The notes beneath the pieces were generated by a model. That model worked only from the letters and a program-made list of their open reading frames with translations. It did not search any database and was not told where the DNA came from. A stretch of 63,772 nt of DNA, counting the filler, from Lama guanicoe (taxonomy: Eukaryota): NCBI GenBank assembly GCA_013239625.1. It is 180 parts of 180 records of this genome, joined end to end, with 100 filler letters (N's around TTAATTAATTAA, not from the genome) between each part and the next. Parts side by side here need not be neighbours in the genome. Positions count along the whole stretch, not along the records: positions 48,608 to 48,862 come from PNXV01049213.1; positions 48,963 to 49,217 come from PNXV01049214.1; positions 49,318 to 49,572 come from PNXV01049215.1; positions 49,673 to 49,927 come from PNXV01049216.1; positions 50,028 to 50,282 come from PNXV01049217.1; positions 50,383 to 50,637 come from PNXV01049218.1; positions 50,738 to 50,992 come from PNXV01049219.1; positions 51,093 to 51,347 come from PNXV01049220.1; 172 more parts are not named here. One strand, 5' to 3'. This document shows, in pieces, positions 48,508 through 60,932 of the stretch (the stretch's first letter is position 1; each line of letters begins with the position of its first letter). The position numbers were made by a program, and so were the translations under genes.

Positions 48508-50737
48508 NNNNNNNNNNNNNNNNNNNNNNNNNNNNNNNNNNNNNNNNNNNNTTAATTAATTAANNNNNNNNNNNNNNNNNNNNNNNNNNNNNNNNNNNNN
48601 NNNNNNNGAGATTAGATTATATCTGATACTTTCCTCATGAAATCACTGGGAGAAGCTGATTACCAGGGAATTTCCACTGACATTGAGGGTCTTCTTATGC
48701 CACTGGATAAAAATCCTATTGTTCCTGGGGAAGGTGACTGTTTATACTGGGGCTGGAACTTGGGGAAAGGCATGTGAGGACAGGAACATAGAGGCAGCAC
48801 CAAATGAGACTATCACATCTCTCTGGTGACAGCAACCCTTCAACTGCCTGTCTGTCCCTGGANNNNNNNNNNNNNNNNNNNNNNNNNNNNNNNNNNNNNN
48901 NNNNNNTTAATTAATTAANNNNNNNNNNNNNNNNNNNNNNNNNNNNNNNNNNNNNNNNNNNNAAGGCCCTTGTGGGAGGGTTAAAGTAGGCCTGCTCTGT
49001 GCCCTCACAGTGCTGGAGGGCCCATGACACAGGGGTTAGTCCGGATTAGACGGGAAAGTGTGGAAGTAAAACAGGACCGAGCTGAAATTTTAACTTGCAT
49101 TCTCCGAGAGTTTCAATGTCTGAGAGCTACCAAGAAAAGTTACAAATGCCCCATTCTGCCTAAGGAATCTCAGAATCACAGATGCTGTCTGCTCTGGCTA
49201 GATGGCCAAAGTAGGAANNNNNNNNNNNNNNNNNNNNNNNNNNNNNNNNNNNNNNNNNNNNTTAATTAATTAANNNNNNNNNNNNNNNNNNNNNNNNNNN
49301 NNNNNNNNNNNNNNNNNTCCGATATTAACCGCTTGTGAGGTGTACGGTTTGCAAATATTTCCTCCCATTCTCTAGGACGCCTTTTCATCTTGTCGATCGC
49401 CTGCGTTGGCTTCTGATTAACCACCCCCGACATGATTAGACCCTGATGAGCTTCCTCTCTAGTTGTGAAGACAAGGCAAGTGCCAAGGAAAACTTTGTGG
49501 GGGGAAATGCCGAGGAAGAAGCGTTATTCAAGAAGATAGTCTTTTAACTCAATATTGGGAAACAGATCTTTANNNNNNNNNNNNNNNNNNNNNNNNNNNN
49601 NNNNNNNNNNNNNNNNTTAATTAATTAANNNNNNNNNNNNNNNNNNNNNNNNNNNNNNNNNNNNNNNNNNNNCACTTGGGGTATGACACCTCTATTTCAC
49701 AGCAGAGAAAATTCTGGCTCAGGGAAAATGCAAAATTTTGGAAAAGATTAAAATGTGAACTTGGAGCTACAATCCAAACAACCCATCCATGGCAAATTTC
49801 ACGCCTCTTCCAGACCACGTCCTCCTCACAGCTAAATTCTGTCTGTATGGACAGAAACCGGCCAGCTCTGTGTTTGCGCTACACCACGCAAGTGTTCCTT
49901 GCAAGTTGGGATTCCACAGGTTATAAANNNNNNNNNNNNNNNNNNNNNNNNNNNNNNNNNNNNNNNNNNNNTTAATTAATTAANNNNNNNNNNNNNNNNN
50001 NNNNNNNNNNNNNNNNNNNNNNNNNNNAAAAAAAAGAACTCCAAAAGAATGGTCAAGACAGATCAAGTTCAACACACTGAGAGCAGGCAAAAGTAAATTC
50101 TGCACTCTGCTAACGTGTGTGTGTGACGACTGGCTTCTGAGAAAGCCAACCAGTGCCTCAAGGCAGCAACCAACAGGTGCTTGCCTTCCGTGACTCGGGA
50201 GGGAGGGGGAGAAGGGGGAGGGAGCAGCAGGGGGAGATGCACTTGGGCAGAGCTGTTTCCTCCCCGTGGCCATGATCCTATANNNNNNNNNNNNNNNNNN
50301 NNNNNNNNNNNNNNNNNNNNNNNNNNTTAATTAATTAANNNNNNNNNNNNNNNNNNNNNNNNNNNNNNNNNNNNNNNNNNNNTGTTTAAAGAAAAAGTAA
50401 AAAATTATTCTGGTGATAATTACTGATAATAATTGGTTATTTTTTTCCAGTCTTTTTCCTATACAGAGACACAGTATCAACAAAATTAGAGTAATACTGT
50501 AAGCAGTTCTATATTTTGCTTTTTCACTTAACGTTATCTCATGAACATTTTCTCACGTCGTTATTTTTACTAATATAATTTTAATTATTAAATAACTCTC
50601 CATCATATGGATGGACCATAATTTATTTGTCTTCTGTNNNNNNNNNNNNNNNNNNNNNNNNNNNNNNNNNNNNNNNNNNNNTTAATTAATTAANNNNNNN
50701 NNNNNNNNNNNNNNNNNNNNNNNNNNNNNNNNNNNNN

Positions 50738-50842
50738 GGCAGGAGCTCTGGTTGGCTGGGGGTTCCATGGATGTGAGTTTTGGTGTATCTGTGGGAGACG
50801 GTGAGCTACTAGCGTCCTTCTACTCAGCCATCTTGGTCCCGC
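50738..50842 (-). mobile_element. L1 5' terminus with YY1-type motif, antisense
   Basis: cagccatcttgg at 50825-50836 (CCAAGATGGC on the minus strand); homologous to about 31030-31092. Confidence 0.65.
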
Positions 50843-51092
50843 CGCTGCAAATTGTTTAATACTAGAGTTGAGGCTTGCTATCCAAGAGCCCCGTTGCCAG
50901 CCCAGCTGGGAGGCCCTTACTGGAATTATCCATTTCCTCTACTGGGAAAGATGACCATTAAACCTTTCAAAACACAGTGAGGTCCAAACAATNNNNNNNN
51001 NNNNNNNNNNNNNNNNNNNNNNNNNNNNNNNNNNNNTTAATTAATTAANNNNNNNNNNNNNNNNNNNNNNNNNNNNNNNNNNNNNNNNNNNN

Positions 51093-51347
51093 CTGGAGAG
51101 GGTGTGGAGAAAAAGGAACCCTCCTACCTTGTTGGTGGGAATGTAAATTGGTACAACCATTATGGAAAACAGGATGGAGATTCCTTATAAAACTAAAAGG
51201 AGACTTACAATATGATCCAGAAATCCCACTCCTGGGATTATATCTGGAGAAAATTCTAATTTGAAAAGACACATGCACCCCAATAATCATAGCAGCGTTA
51301 TTTACCATAGCCAAGACATGGAAACAACCTAAACGTCCATTGACAGA
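51093..51347 (+). mobile_element. L1 ORF2 3' region
   Basis: ctggagagggtgtggagaaaaaggaaccctcc...atgatccagaaatcccactcctggg. Confidence 0.93.
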
Positions 51348-52157
51348 NNNNNNNNNNNNNNNNNNNNNNNNNNNNNNNNNNNNNNNNNNNNTTAATTAAT
51401 TAANNNNNNNNNNNNNNNNNNNNNNNNNNNNNNNNNNNNNNNNNNNNGCAGGTCACCATGAATGAGCACCAGTTCCTGCGTGCAGAGAACGCGGTCTCCG
51501 ACGCGCCACGCGACGCTGCCCCCAGCGAGCAGGAACCTGAAGCAGAGCAGCATCCAGCACCCCAGCCTGGCGTCTCCACCCTCGTCTCCAGGATGCACGG
51601 ATCCCAGTTCCAGGCCCCCAGTGCAGCGGCAGGAAAGCAGGCAGGAGGCGGGCGCAGGGCCCAACAAAGTCTATTTTAAATCAAAATAATTCTCAGCCAT
51701 CTNNNNNNNNNNNNNNNNNNNNNNNNNNNNNNNNNNNNNNNNNNNNTTAATTAATTAANNNNNNNNNNNNNNNNNNNNNNNNNNNNNNNNNNNNNNNNNN
51801 NNTTCTTCAAAAGGCAGGCAAGGACCCACACTTTTGGTGGGCTTTCCAGTTTGGAGAGCTCTCTACCCACTAACGTATCATAATAAAATACATTTACCAC
51901 CAAAACACAGGGATGTTCTCTGTTGGTTTTTCTCCCCCAGACACATTGTCTGTAAACCTAATTTTGCAGTAAAAGCTTGCAAGGAATATATCTCAACAGC
52001 TTGGTCTATTAACATGGTAGGAGGGATGGTTGAAACAGACCACTGCTGTGCTTTCTTNNNNNNNNNNNNNNNNNNNNNNNNNNNNNNNNNNNNNNNNNNN
52101 NTTAATTAATTAANNNNNNNNNNNNNNNNNNNNNNNNNNNNNNNNNNNNNNNNNNNN

Positions 52158-52412
52158 TATAGTATATAGACTACGGAATGGAGAATATAGAAGGTAGAAG
52201 AAAGAAAGAAGAACACAAAATGTAGAATACAAAATAGAGAATATAGAACCCAAATTTTAGAAATGGCATGCAGAAAATAAAATTTTGAATATTGAATACA
52301 GAATACTGAATAAATATTTTAGGATATAGAATGTAGAAGACGGAATATAGAATATCGACAACGGATTGCAGAATATAAAATATAGAATATAGAATGATGA
52401 ACACAAAATATA
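52158..52412. repeat. Degenerate 7-bp-period tandem repeat (about TAGAATA)n
   Basis: atagaatatagaat, tagaatac, cagaatac, cggaatatagaatat recur throughout. Confidence 0.8.
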
Positions 52413-52512
52413 NNNNNNNNNNNNNNNNNNNNNNNNNNNNNNNNNNNNNNNNNNNNTTAATTAATTAANNNNNNNNNNNNNNNNNNNNNNNNNNNNNNNN
52501 NNNNNNNNNNNN

Positions 52513-52767
52513 GGTGATAGCATATGGGACCTCGTAGGACTCGGCAAGGACTCCAGATTTTGTTCACTTTGAGCTGAGCAAAGCTTTGGAGAGTTTTGAA
52601 TAGAGGGAGTAACATGGTCTACCTAGATGGTAAGAGGACCCTTTGGCTGCTGTCTTGAGAAGAAACTGGGTGTTGAAGGCTGTTTTAGGGAGAGGCAAAT
52701 GGAGGCCATTCTAATGATCCAGGTGACAGACGACGATAATTTGGACCAGGGAGGAAGCAATTACAGG
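52513..52767 (-). mobile_element. L2 fragment
   Basis: ggcaaggactccagatttt...ttggagagttttgaatagagg...ggaggccatt...atccaggtgacaga..gataatttggaccagg. Confidence 0.75.
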
Positions 52768-52867
52768 NNNNNNNNNNNNNNNNNNNNNNNNNNNNNNNNN
52801 NNNNNNNNNNNTTAATTAATTAANNNNNNNNNNNNNNNNNNNNNNNNNNNNNNNNNNNNNNNNNNNN

Positions 52868-53122
52868 TAACAAATGTTAAAGGAACTTCTCTAGTCATCA
52901 AACCACAAGAAAAGAGGTACATGCATCCCCATATTCATAGCAGCACTATTTACAATAGCCAGGACATGGAAGTGATCTAAATGTCCATTGACAGGTGACT
53001 GGATAAAGAAGTTGTCATACATGTATACAATGGAATACTACTCAACCATAAAAAAGAATAAAATAATACCATCTGCAGCCACATGGATGGACCTGGAGAT
53101 CATCATACTAAGTGAAGTAAGC
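52868..53122 (+). mobile_element. L1 with ORF1 end fused to ORF2 3' end (internal deletion)
   Basis: QMLKELL* (stop 52892-52894), 22-nt spacer, then ORF2 C-terminal acatgcatccccatattcatagcagcactatttacaatagcc. Confidence 0.75.
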
Positions 53123-54997
53123 NNNNNNNNNNNNNNNNNNNNNNNNNNNNNNNNNNNNNNNNNNNNTTAATTAATTAANNNNNNNNNNNNNNNNNNNNNN
53201 NNNNNNNNNNNNNNNNNNNNNNACTGAAACATTAATTGCTAAAGAAGTTTTGTTTACCTACTTTTGACCTCTTATTACAGAGAGACTAAATATGTTTGAG
53301 ACTATTAGTAAATATATTTTGTGCTTTATTGAAAGATTGTAGCATGAAATGACATATTTCTATTTAAGAACAGAACCTGAGAAAAGAGTCTTATGCATGG
53401 TCAGGACGAGAATTAGATTGAATTCAATTAAATGAATTATTAATATTTAAAGGTGAAATGGTACAAAACTAGAATTTNNNNNNNNNNNNNNNNNNNNNNN
53501 NNNNNNNNNNNNNNNNNNNNNTTAATTAATTAANNNNNNNNNNNNNNNNNNNNNNNNNNNNNNNNNNNNNNNNNNNNTAAGAAGCGCCGGCACCCCAGCT
53601 TCTCCCCATTGTCTTTATTTCTTCAACTGGGGGTCCCTTCTCTCATCATACTTCCCAAAATACTGCCAAGAATGCTAGTTTGCTTTTCCCAGGTGAGCAA
53701 TTTGAAGTCTAACTACATCGTATGTGACAGATTGCACACCTGGGTTCTTGCCTCTTATCACAGCACAAAGGCAGATGCTCACTGCCAGCCAGGCTCCCGT
53801 GGCCATCCATCCCCCACTTCACATAAACCTTCNNNNNNNNNNNNNNNNNNNNNNNNNNNNNNNNNNNNNNNNNNNNTTAATTAATTAANNNNNNNNNNNN
53901 NNNNNNNNNNNNNNNNNNNNNNNNNNNNNNNNTCAGATTACAAGGAAAATGACAGAACAGCAAAACAATTTTTCTTTATGCTGAGATCCGAGGAAAACTG
54001 CTGAGACCCCTCCACCACAACGTGGCAATAAATACGCTCTGTACGGTTGTGGGGTTCACGGGGGAATCCATAGGAAAAGTGGTAGTTAGAACTGAAAACG
54101 GCCTCGAAGCCCTTCTAACCGGAGTGATGGTTACCGGCCTTCTGTGGCAGGCGAACAGCAAAGCCTCCTGCAGGCGTGGCGCTGGGCNNNNNNNNNNNNN
54201 NNNNNNNNNNNNNNNNNNNNNNNNNNNNNNNTTAATTAATTAANNNNNNNNNNNNNNNNNNNNNNNNNNNNNNNNNNNNNNNNNNNNCAGTCAGCGTGCT
54301 GTTGAGATTTTAAGTTGGTGTCACTTTGCTTGCCGACGTATTCTAAAGTCCTTATAACGTTCATAAACTTTGACACAGAATTCCCACAAATAGCAACCTT
54401 TTTCTCTGCCCAGGAACAGAGCCACTGACAGAGCTTTCAGAGAACGTAGCTTAGTTTTGTGACAACATGGTGTTTTTAATACTGAAGCCCAGAATTAAAG
54501 ACTTGCCCATTTGGTCTCAGGAGGCCCTGATGACTTGCAGGCNNNNNNNNNNNNNNNNNNNNNNNNNNNNNNNNNNNNNNNNNNNNTTAATTAATTAANN
54601 NNNNNNNNNNNNNNNNNNNNNNNNNNNNNNNNNNNNNNNNNNGCTACAGTCGAGAACCCCTGCCTCAGACTCTCTGCTCCATGTGGATGCGTTTGTGGGA
54701 GACGGCGCTGAGCTGAGAAAGTCTATGCACACTCACCTAAGAGGAGTGTACTTTGTGGAAATAACTATGCTGCGCCATTTGTGAAATGTGTGAACAAGTG
54801 GAACATTCTTTAAAAAGGCCCTGTAACTACTGCTTTTATGCACGTTACCCGGGTCCGGTTGGAATGGAATTCTTCTCTTAAATAATAAGAAATAGAANNN
54901 NNNNNNNNNNNNNNNNNNNNNNNNNNNNNNNNNNNNNNNNNTTAATTAATTAANNNNNNNNNNNNNNNNNNNNNNNNNNNNNNNNNNNNNNNNNNNN

Positions 54998-55252
54998 CAA
55001 TCACTATGGAAAATAGTATGGAGGTTCCTTAAAAAACTAAAAATAGTTAACATAGGATCCAGCAGTCCCACTCCTGGACATATATTTGGAGAAAACTCTA
55101 ATTTGAAAAGACACACGCACCCCCTCAATATTCATAGCAGCACTATTTACAATAGTCCAAGACATGAAAGCAACCTAAATGTCCATTGACAGATGAGTAT
55201 GTAAAGTAAACATGGTATATTTATACAGTGGAATACTACTTAGCCATAAAAA
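54998..55252 (+). mobile_element. L1 ORF2 3' region
   Basis: cactatggaaaatagtatggaggttccttaaaaaactaaaaatag...caacctaaatgtcc. Confidence 0.93.
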
Positions 55253-55352
55253 NNNNNNNNNNNNNNNNNNNNNNNNNNNNNNNNNNNNNNNNNNNNTTAA
55301 TTAATTAANNNNNNNNNNNNNNNNNNNNNNNNNNNNNNNNNNNNNNNNNNNN

Positions 55353-55607
55353 TTCTGCATAAATTGAGATGATCATGGGTTCCCTTCACCTTTATTCTGC
55401 TTCTGTGGTATATTAAATTGATTAATATTTGTATGATGAACCATTCTTGCATTCCAGGAATAGATTCCACTTGGTCACAGTGTATAATACTTAAAAATGT
55501 GCTGTTAAATTCTGTCTGCTGTTATTTTCTTGAGAATTTTCATCAGGGATATTGGTCTGAAATTTTTATAGTGTCCTTGTCAGGATTTGGTATCAGTGTA
55601 ATGCTGG
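55353..55607 (-). mobile_element. L1 ORF2 RT-region fragment, antisense
   Basis: ttctgcat..attgagatgatcatgg...gaaccattcttgcattccaggaata..ttccacttggtca. Confidence 0.85.
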
Positions 55608-55708
55608 NNNNNNNNNNNNNNNNNNNNNNNNNNNNNNNNNNNNNNNNNNNNTTAATTAATTAANNNNNNNNNNNNNNNNNNNNNNNNNNNNNNNNNNNNN
55701 NNNNNNNA

Positions 55709-55962
55709 GACAACACACTTCACTATGGGGACTGCACCTTGGGAACCGTGGCTCCAACCCAAATAACTGTCCTCAATGTGATTCATGTGAGACAAAAAGG
55801 GCCTTTGAACTGGTACTAGCAGGAATTATAGGGATGCTAGCTGCAGCTGCCCCTTGGGGAGGATTTGCCTACCATGAGACGACCCTGCGGGATCTAACCT
55901 CCTCCCTGGATAGTGCACTAAAGAAAACCGGAGACACTCTAACACTCTTACAAAAGTCCCTT
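55709..55962 (+). mobile_element. env: Endogenous retroviral env fragment, SU/TM junction (EnvR(b)/syncytin-Car1-like), 1-nt frameshift at the furin site
   Basis: DNTLHYGDCTLGTVAPTQITVLNVIHVRQK(R) then AFELVLAGIIGMLAAAAPWGGFAYHETTLRDLTSSLDSALKKTGDTLTLLQKSL from 55801: furin motif, fusion peptide, APWGGFxYH motif, heptad repeat. Confidence 0.85.
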
Positions 55963-58192
55963 NNNNNNNNNNNNNNNNNNNNNNNNNNNNNNNNNNNNNN
56001 NNNNNNTTAATTAATTAANNNNNNNNNNNNNNNNNNNNNNNNNNNNNNNNNNNNNNNNNNNNGCACCTGTGATCTCTCCACCTGGTTGCCTCACCTGCCT
56101 CCCACACCCTGCGCTCACTTCTAGACTATTTCCAGTTCCTGGAAGGGACCTGGCTCTCTTTGGCCTCCCTCCTTTGCATGAGCAGCTCCCCAGGGAGTAA
56201 CTGCCTTAACATTATACCTTCACCTCATCACATCTAGGGCATCTCAGAAATCAGCACAGTGGTTCCCACCTCTGGGAGAGCCTTGGCTACAGTTCTGGCT
56301 CCCTGCCCCGAGCACCCNNNNNNNNNNNNNNNNNNNNNNNNNNNNNNNNNNNNNNNNNNNNTTAATTAATTAANNNNNNNNNNNNNNNNNNNNNNNNNNN
56401 NNNNNNNNNNNNNNNNNGCTCAGGGCCCTCCTTCTAGGGGCGGTTAATACAAACAAAAATAATTCTCTACAAAACGAAGTTTCCAGTCCTCCCGACCCTC
56501 CTTCCTAACTCCCTCCCCCAGACAGTGAGCTCCTTGGTCACCAGGCCTCTCCCAAGGCCTGGGGTCTGGTGGGTGGCAAAAGAAAACAAAGAAAGAATAT
56601 AAAAGAGAATCAAGTCAGCGACTAGAGTTGTAGGCAACTGGAATTCCGGGTCCCCTGGCTGATTGAGGGCCANNNNNNNNNNNNNNNNNNNNNNNNNNNN
56701 NNNNNNNNNNNNNNNNTTAATTAATTAANNNNNNNNNNNNNNNNNNNNNNNNNNNNNNNNNNNNNNNNNNNNGTGTCCACCCGGGTCTGGGAGGCTGGTT
56801 AGGGTTAGGAGGTTGGGGAGAGTCTCTGAGTTTGAGGCCAGCCCTGATGTTACGGTCAGTTTCTTTTATTGTCGGGTCCATGAGAGCCACTCTGCTGTCT
56901 CAGGTATGATTTGGGGTCCCGGAGCCCCTGGGAATGTTAGCCTCAGCTTCCCAGATGAGCTCTTTGGGGGATAGTGCTGGGGAGTGACTGGCTCTGGCCA
57001 GGTTCCCTTATGTAGCCAAGTGGGGCGNNNNNNNNNNNNNNNNNNNNNNNNNNNNNNNNNNNNNNNNNNNNTTAATTAATTAANNNNNNNNNNNNNNNNN
57101 NNNNNNNNNNNNNNNNNNNNNNNNNNNGACACATGTACATATTGTGAAATGGTCAATCACACAGTAAGCTTGGTTGCCTCCATCACCTCACATAATGACC
57201 AGAGCTCACTCATTCTTTACAGCAGGACTCTTGCTCCCCTCCAAGCTGTCGGTGGCACTGAAGTCCTGGTGAGTTTCCTTTCCATAGCTGTGATCCCAGT
57301 GCAAAATGAGCTACTAGTACACTTTAATGATGTTATTTCCGGTTTTAGTTAAGGCTCTCTGGTTACAATTTCAACTCTGAGTNNNNNNNNNNNNNNNNNN
57401 NNNNNNNNNNNNNNNNNNNNNNNNNNTTAATTAATTAANNNNNNNNNNNNNNNNNNNNNNNNNNNNNNNNNNNNNNNNNNNNCATGTACAAAAGATGAAG
57501 ACAATAAATATTGCTTTGTTTTTACATCTTTATTTGTTGCCGTCTATTCATAAATTCACTTTGTAGATAATATGTCATGCTTGTTGCTCTATACATGTTG
57601 ATAGAATTCTGTTATGTTAAATAGTACAGCAGTTTGACTATTGTTTAAAAATTATTCAAAAGTCGTTAAATCAAAAGACAATTAGAAAAACTATGTGATC
57701 ATTCTAACTATACTGCTTTCTTTTCTGACATAACTTTNNNNNNNNNNNNNNNNNNNNNNNNNNNNNNNNNNNNNNNNNNNNTTAATTAATTAANNNNNNN
57801 NNNNNNNNNNNNNNNNNNNNNNNNNNNNNNNNNNNNNTTCTGGGCACTGGGGTTACAGTAGTTAAAAAAACAGTCAAAAACCTCTGCCCTCATAGTACTT
57901 ATATACTAATGGGGGAGTTGGATAATAAATAAGGTAGAGAAGTAAAAGGTTTAAAAAAAAAGAAACTGATCAAACTTTGGAAATTAAAAGTGGATTTTAT
58001 TGGTATTTCAGGATGTTTTTTCTTTCATTTTGAAACATGCATGCTTCTCTCTGTTTCCAAATTTGTTCTCCTTTCTCCAAGAAACACAGTCANNNNNNNN
58101 NNNNNNNNNNNNNNNNNNNNNNNNNNNNNNNNNNNNTTAATTAATTAANNNNNNNNNNNNNNNNNNNNNNNNNNNNNNNNNNNNNNNNNNNN

Positions 58193-58440
58193 AAGTATGG
58201 ACAGTAAGAGCATGGACTCAGGGGCCAGACAGTGAGTTGAAATCCCAGCTCTGCCACGCACTTGCTACATGATCCTAGCAAGTTAGTTAACTTTTCTATG
58301 CCTGAGTTGCCTCACTTGTAACAACACAAGGACAGTCACCACACTGACTGTAACCAGGAAAGGAGATATTAGATGTAAGGTGCTTAGGACACCGCCTGCC
58401 ACATAGTAAGCACTCAACTGATGTTAACTGTTGTTATTAG
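58193..58440 (+). mobile_element. MIR SINE, near full length
   Basis: taagagcatggactc..gagttgaaatcccagctctgccac..gcaagttagttaacttttctatgcctgagtt...cacatagtaagcactcaa. Confidence 0.88.
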
Positions 58441-59612
58441 CAAGTTGNNNNNNNNNNNNNNNNNNNNNNNNNNNNNNNNNNNNNNNNNNNNTTAATTAAT
58501 TAANNNNNNNNNNNNNNNNNNNNNNNNNNNNNNNNNNNNNNNNNNNNGTAATTTTACAGGATTAAATGAGTCAATATCTGTAAAGCACATATTAGCTCTA
58601 CGCACAGGGCAGTTAGCACATGTGCCTTCATTGGTATTACTGTCAGCACATCGCCAGCACCTAGCTTCGTGCCCGGCACGTGGAAGACCGTGTATGTGCT
58701 GAGTGAATACCGAGAGCCCACGTTCTCTGGAGACCGCAGTGGTTATCCACACGGCAGTGATACTTCCCCACATAGTGACCGTCGGGAAACTCACTCTCAG
58801 CCNNNNNNNNNNNNNNNNNNNNNNNNNNNNNNNNNNNNNNNNNNNNTTAATTAATTAANNNNNNNNNNNNNNNNNNNNNNNNNNNNNNNNNNNNNNNNNN
58901 NNAGGTGATTTTTGAGCTGCTGTGTGGGAGTGTCCACTGAGCTGTGCAAATGTTGCTTCAGGAATTAGAGGCTCGTTTTCCTTCTCTGAGACTCATGCTT
59001 GCCAGAGATAATGATTTTGTTTTTATTTTATTTTACTTTAATTTATTTGTTTATTTACTAACTTGCTGTTCTTGTACCTCAAATATTCCACTTTTGTGAA
59101 TGAGAGTATATCCACGAACGTGCTTATCAGTCTTGGGCTGGGTTCAGTAAAACTGACNNNNNNNNNNNNNNNNNNNNNNNNNNNNNNNNNNNNNNNNNNN
59201 NTTAATTAATTAANNNNNNNNNNNNNNNNNNNNNNNNNNNNNNNNNNNNNNNNNNNNTGTCCAGGGTTGAATCACGTGCAAAGCCTTGTGTAAATTTTCA
59301 TGGTTAATGCAAGCCATGAAGTGCTTGGTAGAATCAGTGAAGACATCAGATGCTGCTTCTAGTTAATCTGTTTGTTTATACAGCAGTTATCTTTGATTTT
59401 TGAAAACACTTATGAACATTGTTTTCTTAAAGGATTCCCGTTTCCCTTCTGATCGTAAACTGTTATTAGGGCTATAAGTTTGAGTGCATTAGGCATTTTT
59501 GCTTTGGTGGGTNNNNNNNNNNNNNNNNNNNNNNNNNNNNNNNNNNNNNNNNNNNNTTAATTAATTAANNNNNNNNNNNNNNNNNNNNNNNNNNNNNNNN
59601 NNNNNNNNNNNN

Positions 59613-59867
59613 TGCCAGGGCTGGGGCAGCTTCTCAACTTTGTCTTGAAGGACTCAGCCTTCTCCCAATCTTCTACTCTGTCGTGTTGGCAACGTGATGT
59701 CAAGACATGCTACAGCTCCAAGCATTATGGCTTTACTTTCCGAAAGAGGCTCTCCTTTTGTATGTCTCTCTGAGGGAGGAAATTAATACTTCCCAGAAGC
59801 CCTCAGCAGACTTTCCCGTGTGGCTCATTGGTCAGAGCAAGGTCACAGGCTACCCAGAAACCAATCA
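59613..59867 (-). mobile_element. Old MLT1 (I/J-like) LTR fragment
   Basis: gctacagctccaagcat...cccagaagccctcagcagactttcccgtgtggctcattggtcaga..ggtcaca. Confidence 0.6.
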
Positions 59868-60322
59868 NNNNNNNNNNNNNNNNNNNNNNNNNNNNNNNNN
59901 NNNNNNNNNNNTTAATTAATTAANNNNNNNNNNNNNNNNNNNNNNNNNNNNNNNNNNNNNNNNNNNNCCCCAGTGAACAACTCTACAGATGTTATTTTGT
60001 ACATATTACTATATTTCTTTTTAGGGCAGTGTTTTCTAAACAGCAGGTCGTGAAATCAGTTTAGTAGGTTGGAATCTGCCTATTGAAAGAGAATAGCATG
60101 TAATAGAAAGTGTCAAAGTAAAGGGCACTTTTCCATGAGACATACCGCAGCTCAGGACACAAGTTATATACAGTGCATTTCTTACTGCAGGTCTCAAAGT
60201 TTATGGTGTGATGCAAAATATGNNNNNNNNNNNNNNNNNNNNNNNNNNNNNNNNNNNNNNNNNNNNTTAATTAATTAANNNNNNNNNNNNNNNNNNNNNN
60301 NNNNNNNNNNNNNNNNNNNNNN

Positions 60323-60510
60323 GCCACGGCCGGCTGCCAGCGGTGCTTGCGCGAGGGGGAGCCCCGGAGCCCCGGGCAGCGACGCACCGCGGCGCCCCGG
60401 CGTCCGAAGGCCCGGCCAGGCCGGCGAGCCGGTACCTCAGACCCCGCGCTTCGTCCCGCAGCCTCATGTGCCGACTGCTGACCTCGCTGTTGGATGAAAC
60501 GCTCCCTGTG
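60323..60510. promoter_or_regulatory. CpG island fragment with a candidate minus-strand exon (60436-60505)
   Basis: Dense CpG; minus-strand acceptor ttctcccctctctccacag and donor gag/gtacc. Confidence 0.55.
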
Positions 60511-60860
60511 GAGAGGGGAGAGAACATTCCAGCAAAATCTGTCTTAAACATAGTTGTCTCTGCAGGGGAGGGTCCACNNNNNNNNNNNNNNNNNNNNNNN
60601 NNNNNNNNNNNNNNNNNNNNNTTAATTAATTAANNNNNNNNNNNNNNNNNNNNNNNNNNNNNNNNNNNNNNNNNNNNACACACTGAGGTCTCAGTTTCCC
60701 ACCCCTCTGTCCAGGGAGAGGAAACCAACACTGCCTATAACAGGAGCCTTCTAAATAGGGCTGGTCACTTTCAGTGGGTGTATTTTACCTCCAACTCTAC
60801 CCGAAACCCCAAAGCACCGTCACACTGGAAAACCATTCACGGCTCATGTTACCGTGTGCT

Positions 60861-60932
60861 GTTTTCTTTTTCTTTCTTCTTTTCTTCCTTCCTTCCTTCC
60901 TTCCTTCCTTTCTTCCTTCCTTCCTCCCTCCC
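60861..60932. repeat. (TTCC)n pyrimidine microsatellite
   Basis: ttccttccttccttccttcc run to the contig end. Confidence 0.9.

Noticed and set aside
49443..49500. Hammerhead-like CTGATGA core (also near 33350)
   Set aside because: No stem II closed by GAAA and no stem I/III pairing visible
51458..51679. 73-aa ORF with a Kozak-like start (gtcaccATGa)
   Set aside because: GC-rich, several overlapping frames are open, and there is no recognisable homology
56797..56810. Telomere-like ggttagggttagg
   Set aside because: Only about two units; expected by chance
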